From contig OZ260661.1 in NCBI GenBank assembly GCA_965285935.1, positions 116,684,001 through 116,748,000 on the forward strand: a stretch of DNA of 64,000 nucleotides, written 5' to 3'. Positions 1-11,800 of the stretch are shown here, one piece after another (within the stretch, counting starts at the first letter, position 1; every line of letters starts with the position of its first letter). This DNA comes from Ophelia neglecta (Eukaryota). The notes under the pieces are model-generated. The model was given only the letters and a program-made list of their open reading frames with translations, was not told the origin of the DNA and did no database searches. The position numbers were made by a program, and so were the translations under genes.

Positions 1-1030
1 CCTATCTCCGATCTTCGCCCTTTCGATTAAACATGCGTTGAGAAGATTCGCCACTGATTTATATCGAATCAGAATAGACTCCGTCCGGGGGGGGGGGGGG
101 GGGGGGCTGCGCGGCTCGAAATCAGTAGTCAATTACTTTTAGCTACACCATGGCATGATTTTGCCATGAGCAGCCATTCCAGCCTCTAGCAGAGTTCAAA
201 GTATAAACAAAAAACACTCTTTGGATTATCTCATTAATAAGAAATTATAGCTAATTATTTTAGCGCTTGAGTTATAAATAAGTAAACACATCTTCACCAT
301 TTTCAGCATATATGCACTTAAAAGTGCTTACCCCCTTTGAACACACTTAATTCTACCCACTTATTTTAGCAAGTAGTATCTCAAAAGTGCAATTTCACTT
401 ATTTTGTTTAAGAAAAAACACATATTATTGTCTCAGTTATAAAACTAGATATAATAAACTATCTAATGACAAAGGGTATACGGAACCAAAGGTGAAGGAG
501 TGTAAACGAGAGCGAGGCTAGCAGGAGGCTAGGAAAATCATTCTGAAGCTCTCTACACCGCCGTCAAGTCAAATTGTAAAATATGTTAGTAAAATACACT
601 GTAAAACCGGATTGCTAAACACGACGGCAGCAGCAGAAGCACTCGCATAAATCGTAACCAGAGTTAGATTTATCTCTGTAAACCTTCATATGTATATAAT
701 TGGTATGAGATATACAGAATATTTTATTATTCGAAAGTGTGCGAATCTATAGAAGGTATTATCGTAATTTGAGCAAGCGTTTTGGTGCGTCTGGACTGTC
801 CCGTGTTGAAGCAGAGAATGACCAGTCGATCTGTCGGGCGATCGTTCCGACCAGACTGACAGACTTTGAGCATGTTTCCTGCAGGGGGTCATTTACCTAA
901 GGAACCAGTTGGGGGAGGTACCTGTAAGAATGACTGGGTCAAATATTCTAGGCAGTCTATTATTTAATAATATTTCACTGAGTTTCTTCAAACGCAAATA
1001 TATTTTTTTTTATTCTCAGGAGTGAACGTA

Positions 1031-1211
1031 CAGTGAGACCTGACACTTAGACACACCCAAGGGACTGGGAAATATCTCCTCTTTTCTCAGTTGTCCTTAT
1101 TTCACAGCTAGGTTACTTTACATGTAAAGTGTTACAACTGTACTAAAAACAATGTCCTTAATAGTCAGTGTATCCCTAATTGTCATATGTTCTTTAGGTC
1201 AGGTTTTACTG
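1031..1211. mobile_element. Small TA-flanked MITE (Tc1/mariner-type ends)
   Basis: ta|CAGTGAGACCTGAC at the left and GTCAGGTTTTACTG|ta at the right form imperfect terminal inverted repeats with TA on both sides. Confidence 0.55.
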
Positions 1212-2876
1212 TATATCAACTTGATATATTTCGATTTTGGTTCCAAAGGATTTAAATGATGCACGAGCTTATGAATTTGCACAAAACGTAACCATCGCGT
1301 GAACATATACAGTTGCAACTGTTATGCACAATCAATACAATAATCTATAAGAACTGTGATAACGGCTAGAAGGAGATAACACAAATCTCTTACATTTAAT
1401 ATCAATGATTTCACATAGACCTATCATACTCGGCCCATTCAAGTGGAGGTTGCATTTTTATTTATTTGCCCAGAGCATTAAAACGACAGTAAGAGAAGAG
1501 AATAACGGGAGATTTAGAGCGATGAGATTAACAAAGGTCAATGTAGGTCGCATTGCAAGCATATCTTTAAAAACCAAGTGTCCTCCATTTGCAGATGCAA
1601 AAAGGGGCTCGCCTCTGTACTACGAACGAAACTCTGATTAAATATTTTAGATGTACGACTAGATACGATATACATATGTAGCATATAGAAGATTGCTTAT
1701 GTATTCGGTTTTCGCGGCGTTAGAATTATCAGACTGTTCATTTCTGTATTCAAGCTTTTGCCAGTTTATTTTTGACCATAATTATTCGATTGAACAGTAT
1801 TTTATTCAGATTAAGCTCGGCTATGCCTATAAACACCCAGATTCGCAAACCTTCACGATTGTTTTAAAAAGCAGGTCAAAGGGGTTATATTGAGTTTGAC
1901 CGTCTCGCCTTTCTTTGTTTATAATTATAAATAAGTCAAACGAAGCCGAGCCCTTTCTGATGGTACAAACCACATTTGAGTAACTTTTAACAAAAAAAGC
2001 TTTTGATTTATTATTGTTTATTTTGAGACAAGGCCGATTACGTAAGCGCTGAATAATCGCACCGAAATATAAAACTACTTTTGATTCCCGTCCCCGTAAT
2101 ACTAACAACTCACCAGAACTAAAATCGTGGCCGCGCACGGCCTTGTGTTACCAGCGAATAGCAGAATAACACCAGGTCAGTGCTTTTGCCATTTTCGAGC
2201 AAATAAGGGTGTTTAGAATTGCAATATTTCGTTGGAACCGAGTGTTTTGAGAGATGGACATTGGTGTAATAGCAAATAAGCGCTACTTTTAATACTACTC
2301 ATTTGTACTTACTGCGCATGGTAAATATTCTTTTCCCGCCGATGCTGTATCATACAACAACCTCGATAAAATTCACCGTTTATTTGAGGACATACCATCT
2401 TAAATTGTCACTACACACATTGCCTCTTTGTCTATATATATGCGACTGCGTCAGGGTGATGCGGTCATAAGTTTAGTGGCTGACATACAGCGATTATTAA
2501 ATGATTGTTTATAATCATAAGACTCTGGATTAATTAACGTTATTTGTGTGTATACACTGTTATTAGTCGATCTGTTATCTGTATCATTTTTTTTAATATA
2601 CATATAAAACAGCAAGCATGAATTTACCCACAAGATCGAGAGGGACGAATGATATTAATCTTGTTTGTCTTCTTTACATATCGAGTATAGTATTGTGTAC
2701 CTTGAACTTCAGGTATCCTATACATGTAGATGTAATAAAATAAGTAAACTATTCAATCCACTGGTAACGTTAACAGTGTATGGCAGACCTGTTAAGACTC
2801 CTGTGTTATTGTGATCGTAAACTTGTTTAAGAGGTGATGATATCAAGTGGAATTAAATAAATATTTAATTGGTGAG

Positions 2877-5800
2877 ATGCAGTACACATTGGAGTCTTTT
2901 TATGCTTACATATATCACAAATTGGATGGCAGTGAGGCTTTACTTAGTGTCGTTGGTATGTATGATCATTATATATATATTACATTATTATTATGAGTAG
3001 TAATAGGCTTAACTACGTCCCAAATTTCATCATGCGACCTGTGAAATGATTTAATATATTCAAGCATCTTACGAGTCCTGATATCAGCAATTTCAGCTCC
3101 GTGAAGAGGTCAATATTAGGAAAGTATTCTATAAAATGTGAATTTTCTAGTCGCTTTGTCTGTGCACATACACTTAGTCAATAACCACTGTGGGAGACTG
3201 CTAATGTGCTTTTGCAAAGTTTATTATATTTTTAATTATTCTAGCAAAGAATAATTGAAAATAATATACACATATCAATTAGGATAATAATTTGCGTCAT
3301 CCATAAATAGAATTGGGAAAGGAACAGCTGAAGGATCAATAATTTCATTTACATGAGGTAAAAATAAAAATAAGTCTAAGAAGTACCTCTGAAGAACATA
3401 AAAAGCCATTACCAAATCCTTTGACTTACTCTTGTTATAGATTCATATTACCTTTGTCCATTAATACAAAATGGTGAAGCCAAAATAAAGCTTGACCCCT
3501 CACTCTATATTCATACTTGATCTCTGCTGTTAATGTTTTATATAAAAGTACGTAAAAACGCATAACTTTAGTCTGTGCGCATTGTTATCTTTCTTTTCTA
3601 TTATTTGGAATGGCAATATATTCCCCTGGCCAAAATGTGATTGAAACATTCAGGAACTAAAATAGTTATTAACGCACTATACACTGAATGAAGGGGGGAA
3701 TCTATATAAGAATTTGACATTGGAGCTAACTTATCCACTCATAAATTGGCCCAGAACATCTTAATAGTTAGGATTAAAAATTTAACCCTAGATGCCGTAT
3801 GTTTTTTTTCAAAATAAAACCCTTTTTTAGTTGTGCAAATATTTAAGGAATTTTTTTTAGCAAAGAGCCACTTTCAGTCACATCCAAGATTAAGACTTAC
3901 TCGATTACAAACACACTTTGCAGTAACGAAAGAGAAGAACCATACCCCGTGTGAATGTTATGAGCCAGAAATATACGAATTAGTAATTTAAAACAAAAGT
4001 CGACTCCTTTTGTCAAACAGAATGATTTCAATACGACTCAGCATGAATAAATTGCGAAATGGGTCTCCTTAAACAGTCAAATAGGGATGAAATTTATAAA
4101 TTTAGGCTAGTTATTTTTTTTTTTTTTTTACCTTAAAAAGTCTTGGTAGAAACATGTCTATCTGTTTTCTCATTTGCCAGCCAGCTGGCAGATTTAAAAG
4201 CAGCCAACAGCATGTTTCAAGGGGTCCCGAACGACTAAAATGGAATATATGGCCCAAAAGGCAAAGAAATGTAAAATGTCGATTTATTTATTATTTTCCA
4301 ACTAAGAAAAAACTTCTTAAAAAGCACAAATCTGTTCTTATTTGCCAGCCATCTGGTAGGTCTAAAGGGAGGCACAAGCTTAGTTTGTTGCTGCCGAGCA
4401 GCACATACTATATATTAAACAGTTGCATTAGGTCATTAAAAAGGTGTGAAGCATATATAGGTCCATCTAGTGGTCTCTAGAGATCGTTTGCACCAAAAGC
4501 CAATATTTGCATTTGAAATATTTTTAGAGTCGCCTTTGCGAGATAGCATGCAGTAGCAGATACAAATTGATATATAATTCACTTATTATATATAGAAAAA
4601 TAAAAATATTACTTTAATTCATATATACGTGACAGAATGTTTTATTATTTGCTCTATATGTCTATATATCTAGTTTGCTGCCTTCATTCAGGTGGAGGTG
4701 TGGCTACTATTGGTTGGTTCTGGCTGGTCAGCGGTTGTTTCTTAGTAGCCGACCTAACTGGAAAACCAAAATGGATGAGAAAATACAAAATACAACCCGG
4801 AAAAAATTCACCAGTAAGACTTGGGTACATTGAAATAAGGCTATATCAACACTTACCCAACTATGAAAAAGAAAACTGTTATCACAATTCAAGTTATTTG
4901 GGCTAACTGAGCCCATAGATATATTAACACTGCACCTATATCTATGCATACCATTTTAACTGTTTTTTGACATTTAACAACTATTACTTCGTATCAACTG
5001 CCATGAAAACAGGTCTATTTATCTTACATTGCCCTTGTATGGTTATTCTCAACTATTTAAGTGATATTATTTGCAGATCCAATCTGATAAGTTGTACAGA
5101 CTTCTAAAGACAGTTGCCTTCAATAATATAGTTCTTAATCTGGCATTTGCCTACCCGATGTATTTGGGCCAAAAAAGTGCTGGGTGTAAATTCGGCGTCG
5201 ATGAAGTTCCGACAGTATGGAGAATCCTTCTTGACCTTATTGTCTTCGTCCTTGTTCAGGAAGTCATATTCTATTATTCACACAGGTAATATTTCAAAAG
5301 TCTTAATCAATAATGTTCACTTGCAAACAACATTTCTGTACATCTGAATAAGTCAAAAGAAAATTCCCCAACAGAATATATCATTTAAACGCTAACAATT
5401 CTCGAAACTAGTTCCTTTGATGTGCGGTCTTCCTCAATTATGTGATATTATTGCAGGTTGCTTCACGTTCCCTTTATTTACAAGTACGTTCACAAGAAGC
5501 ACCATCAATGGACGACACCAGTGGCTCCCGTCGCTATCTACACACATCCCTTGGAATATCTCACCGGAAACGGCCTATCAGTAGGCACAGAATGGGAGAG
5601 ATTGAGCGTGTCCATTATACGATAGAAAAATTAATCAATCAAATTGATAATGTCCTAAAATCAGTGGCGCTATTTATGTTAACAACATTCTAAGTGAAAA
5701 CATATTAAATTAATGATTAAAATTTACTTTTATTCCTCCTCAGGGAAGAGTACATTTATGGTCAGAGGTTAAAAACAAAATGAAGATATAAAAAATACAA

Positions 5801-8800
5801 AAAAAAAAAAAAAAATAGAATAATGCTAGTGTATGAAAGCATCTTTTTATATACGTACATTAAATATACGGGAGGTTTAAAAAAAGAATACATATATTTT
5901 TATATTATCCACTTGAGCCATCCAGATTTACGAACAAGCAAACTTCGTAATAGTCCGAAGCCTCTGGTAGTGTTTTGGAGTTGTTTTGGAGTTATTCTTC
6001 GTTCTTTACCAGTTCACTCGCTCGGCTGAGAGGTTTGTTAACTCCGCAACTTTTTAGGTTTAAAAATCCTCACCACAATCCACAAAAAACACAAGTCCGT
6101 ATAAAATTGAATATGAGCGTGTATTTTTAGTCCAAACAAACAAAGTTCACAAAACTGACTAAGAAGAGCTTGAGTCCAGAGTCGGCCCGAAAAAGATTTG
6201 AAAGTGTTTCTTTTTAGAAAAGAAGTTTTCTTCACAAAATCACAAAATTTAGCAAATAGAAGCGCAGTAAGCGGATGGTGTGTGCTTCTTAAAACAGAGG
6301 AGGCCGAACTGCCCGGGAGCGGGCCGCCGCTCCTTTTTATACTCAGGGTCGGACTGGACTCAAAAACGCACTTCCGGTCTTGCCATATTTGGGAACACAA
6401 AGAAAATCTCGCCTTGTCAATCAAACAAGTTCTACGCAGTTAGGAAAGTTCTAGAAGGCCTGAACTTTTTCCAGGTTCGGAGCTAGACTGTTTAATGGGG
6501 ATTATTTTGGGGTCCTCAAATGCATATCGAACACTGGAAATACCCCTTTTTGAATAATGGGTCAAGTGTAACCAACTTTCATCCAATTAATTTAAAATTT
6601 AGACTTGGTGGTCCAGGACCCAGCGTAAACCACAGAGTTCCGTCCCTCGCCAGAGAACCTGCCACATAAATCATCATTGGATCGCCAGGTTACCTAAAAT
6701 TAGCCACAACTTTCCATTTGTTGGATTTAAGTTACCAGCAGTCTTGTGGTCAACAGGGGAACTACATGGGTCTCTGGGCAATTCAGAACCATATCACTGA
6801 AATGGAATTTCGTATGGTTACATCTCTCCCCTCTTAGATTTCGCCGTCCTCGGCGAAGACGAAATTTGAATTAAGAATATTTCCCTGGTGTTCCCAGTAC
6901 AATATTTCATGCTTAGAAAATATAATATATATGATTAAATAAATATTAATATTGCCATTGGTATGTGTCATCCTCTATCTCAATAATTTGGAAGAAATGA
7001 TTTTATACAATTCAAAATTTGCCAAAGATTATGTTTGCTAACTCACGACGAATTCGCTTTGGTACGGAATATCCCAAAGCACTAGGCCAAACATAAAAAT
7101 CCTAGTTTTAACTTAGTCCTCTTCCGCAACAACAATTGCTTATATAATATTGTATGCCATTAATTACAATTAATGATATATGTATGTTTATATTGATATC
7201 TAAAAAAAACATTAATATATAATAAGGTTTAAGCTGATATAATTTGAATCATTAAATAATTGTTACGACATTAATAAAAAATCTTGCGTAGTCCATGTTT
7301 TGGGTGCCATGCTGTTGGTTTTGCATAGTGGCTCCTCTTTTCAAATTCCATGGCTCCGCAGATGGTGATTCATTATATGAAAATATAAATATCATTATAC
7401 AATATTAGTATGGTTATAACAACTACGAAATTGACAACAATTTGCAGAATGCTCATTCCGTGTCCGTGAAACATGTAATTAACAATATTGTGATTATATA
7501 AGTTTTATACGTCAAGTAATTAAAACAAATAACACATATTAAAGAATTTAGTACATTCAATAACGATATAGTAACATATTGGTAGATAATAATAATATCA
7601 TATAGATTAATGTGTAAGGTAAACATATATAATGTTAAGGATGTTCAATAATGCCTCCACCCCAAAACGATCTCCATGTCAATCTTTTTGATGTCTTGGA
7701 ATTAAATCGCAGTTATTTCCGCATTTACACACACCGTTTATCATGTGGGATCGACATCGCAATCTCCCCCAGTTCGGTGTTGGGTATGGCGAAATATTGA
7801 CACCAAAATCGTCATTGAATTCCGTTCCTATAAACAATTGTGTCGATCTTTTTTCATTAAATAATTTACAATTTGGGCACCGACACCTGAGGGTACAAAA
7901 ATTTGCATACCATGTGTGGAAACATGCCCCATTTCTATAGGCATGCCTTAATTTTCTATAGGATTGCGTTGCCAAAACATCCAAATTTAGCCAAATTCTG
8001 CATTGTTTAAGTACGTTTCTTGCAATAGATATATATCCTTGTGTTATCAAAATATATAAAACTCTCAGAAATTGCTTTAGGTTTGAGGCAGTAAACTCCT
8101 TGATTGGCATTCTTTCATACACAAAGTCAACATCCATTAAAAAATAAGCACATATTTCAATAATATATAACAATTGATAATCAAACGGGAACAACATATT
8201 ATTTTCCACTATATAGACTAATAAGTGGTAAGCATTAAGAAATTTTTCCTCTAACACTACTTTAGTTTCTCCTCTTGACAATAGCATTTTCATAAATTCT
8301 GATCTATTTATAATACGATTATCATTTAAGATATATATTACATTATTGCAATGTATATTAATTTGCTGATCATCTTCTTTTTGTTCCATTGTTATGCGTG
8401 CCTTTTGACACACCTGTAATTAAAGCAATAAATATTTTCTATACATTTTTGTAATATGGTTCAAGGAATCACGATTTATCAATATAAACCCGGAACCATA
8501 ACAAATTGTAGTTAATTTAGCGCGCCATGCTCTGAGTCATGATTTTTCATATAAACAGAACATTTGGCAAAGACTATAAGCATATTGTTTCATTCTTATT
8601 ATGACATTTTCACTTCTGGAGTGCACATTTGCTAATTTCGATATAAATTTGTGAGGGTAGGGTAAAGAGTAGACGTTGGGTTGCGAGTAGACAGACCATT
8701 TTCTATTCCCAAATTATTGATTGTAGTGGGACCATCTAAGTCCAAACATGCTGGCCTATAAGAATTCAGCAAGGCCCTTGATGGCAAATATGTGAGTGGT

Positions 8801-11800
8801 ATAGTTAAATCACCATGGGTTAAATAAACATGTGCCTGATAAGGCCCATTAAGAATTTTCAACAATTTCCTTCGTTCACTAAAAGAGATTTTTATGTCAG
8901 TTGGGAGGTTGTACTTTCTGCCATCTGATTTGCGTTCGAAAATTGTGTTGGACCATTCCATGAATAATGTTGCCGAAATACAGTGGAAATCCATCTGGAT
9001 AGAGAGTGGGGGGCTTAAAAGGTTAAGATCTATATCTGCAGGACAGGCCGGCATTTCCTTCAAGTCACATGTTGAACACAAATCCGAATTAAAAATTTCC
9101 AATATAAATTTCGAATTGCAGCCGCCTAAAGGTTGAGTCTTTTTTCTTAAATATTTCAGAAAGCTTAGCTTTCCCAAAGTTATGAGAATATTCGCTATCA
9201 GCATAAAAATCAACATACCTAAAATAATTTCGAGCATCAACTCTTTATGGTCAAATACCGAAACGTCCTCCTTACTCAAAATAGTTGATGGTTTAGAATA
9301 TGACACAGGTTTAATTAGCCGTGACAACAATGTTGTATTGGAAACATCGAGCCATGAGGCTCGTGCTGTTGGCATAACTGATGACACAACCGGCAAAGCC
9401 GTCATCGTATTCCTAATTGAACAAAACATATATAAAGAGATTGATAAACTTATAAGACTTATTACCACAGAAATACCATTCATAGAGAATCCAAAAATTG
9501 GCTCATCAAGCCAGGTGGCTCTATCCCTGTCGCCTGAGGCTCCATGAGTTTTTATAAAATCTGCCTGTGTGTCATATAGAACATTTGATGTTTTTACACT
9601 AGCAGCGATTTTCTTAAAGTCGGTTTTGAATTTTTCATCTTTAGTAGCAACCTCAGACCAATTGTGCTTAATAACACTTAAACTGGGAAGTTCTAGTTGT
9701 GGTTGTTGTTTAAAACTAGTTGAACCTGTAATACTATGTAATACTTCAGGCAACATTTGCAAGTGATGTAAAACTGGTAGATTTATTGGATGCAAGTATG
9801 TAGGTGATGACGAATTTTGTCGGGAACTGTCACAATCCGTAATTTTAGGGGGGATTCTAAAATGAGAAGAGTCCAAGCCACATCCACAATTTAATTTGAT
9901 TACACAGAACACGCAAGCCTTTATAGGTCTAGGATTTGTATTAGGGCATATTTGATTCCAGGTAGAATCCGAACCACTGGCCAGGAAGTACGAATCCCCT
10001 AGATCGATTGCCCCATTAAAAAGTGAAGCTTCCTCGTACCTCACATCACATAATTCTTTAATATATTCATGATCGTCATAATAAAGGCTAGAAATGCAGC
10101 TTGGGAATCTTTTTGATCTCATGGTAAAAACACTTGTACATTTTTTAACATCCGTTCCCACACACGACGAGTACATTTCAGAGGTCAGTTCTGTGTAAAA
10201 CTCACCGTCGCGTGTAATGCCAAAATAGCTTGGTAACCCTTGTAATAATGTTGTGTTGTAAGATGACCCATTAACTGGGACCGGTAAAACAACAACATTG
10301 AAAACATCAAAGTATGTCATACTAGATGACATAGGAACCTTTATCGTGATATATAAATAGCTGTCGCTTTGAGAGAAGACAATATCCCTATTTTGATAAT
10401 AGAATCCCACATCAGTGTGTGAAATATGAAATAAGGGATATCGTCTAGCAAGGTCAGTGGATATATCATCAAGTACGTGTTTTATTTGGGTAGGTGTAAT
10501 TATATGAATAGGCAGATATCCTTGCAACAGGGTCTGTGCTCCGTCTATCCATGTCTGTGATTCCTGTCTTAAGGTGAAAAATACAGAGGTTGCCACTAGT
10601 TCATTTTGCAAGAAGGCCGAATAAGCATCTAAAACATATGAAATATCATTTAAATTTTCCTGTACTAGTTGCATAGCTCGTGTAAGTTGGGTGATGAAAA
10701 CGTGATTATCTTTTATGGCATCCATGGCATTTTGCAACCTTTCATTCGTTGCATTCATGAAAGAGTCTAGTTGTTGTCCTAATCTTGTAAGTCTGCCTAT
10801 TGTTATATTTTGCAAGGCCTCCATGGATTCTACATGTTTAGAAATCGTCGCCACGTCTTCATCCGTAGCGACTCCAAAAATTGATTTAGCCAAATTTGAA
10901 ACGAATGCAAATGGAGCCCCTCTTTTTTGCCTTTTCTTTATTTTAACTGGTATCATAGATTTGACACTTTCTATATTATCCTCAATTTGTTTAACCACTT
11001 TGTTCCTTTCCTCGTTCATGAGAATAATTAAATCATTAACGCTATCACATTTCAATCGTTGTCTGCCCGCGTTACCACAGTTCATGCTTGGAACGTCTTC
11101 ATATTTTACTTTTATCCAAGGGACTGCGAAGGTATGTGTCCAGAAACTAGTTGCGCTATTGATGCCACCTAACTTAAAGAACAAAGTGCCATAATTTGCT
11201 CTTATTATTTGTTGCTGTGCTTCAACCTGACAGCTTAGCACTGCCCAAATAATGCAGTACTTCCACATGGCTGTACCTGAAAAAGTATGGTTTTCTTGAA
11301 AGCCTTTATCAATTATTTGTATTCTGGTACTATTCTACATCTTAGAATAAAGAAATATTTGGATATATATAATAACCATTGTGCTGGTCAATCTTTCTCT
11401 ATCTATACTTATAATTCGCGACAATACTGTCGTCTATTTACTCACTTCTTCATAAACTGTTCAATACATTTTTTATCTATAATATTTTCTTCTGGCTCCC
11501 AAGTATTAAATCTATGTGGATAATCTTTCCACTTAATAAGGAATTCTAATTTTCCATTTCTTTTTCTCTTCTTTAATATTTTTTCTATTTCATATATATC
11601 ATTATCTGATTCTGAATCAGAAATATAAGTACAATCTCCATGTACCTGCATGGAATCTTGTCTATTCTTATTAAGCGCATGCTTATCAATTTCATCCTTA
11701 GAAAGGGCATCCCTTACAGGGGTATATTTATTACTTCCTTTTTTATAAAGGGCATCCCTTACAATAGGGGTATAATTATTATCATCCTTCGAGAGGGCAT

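Noticed and set aside
6038-6486. 128, 81 and 68 aa ORFs duplicated at 17642-18090
   Set aside because: They lie inside the LTRs, overlap on both strands and show no recognisable motifs; the duplication just reflects LTR identity
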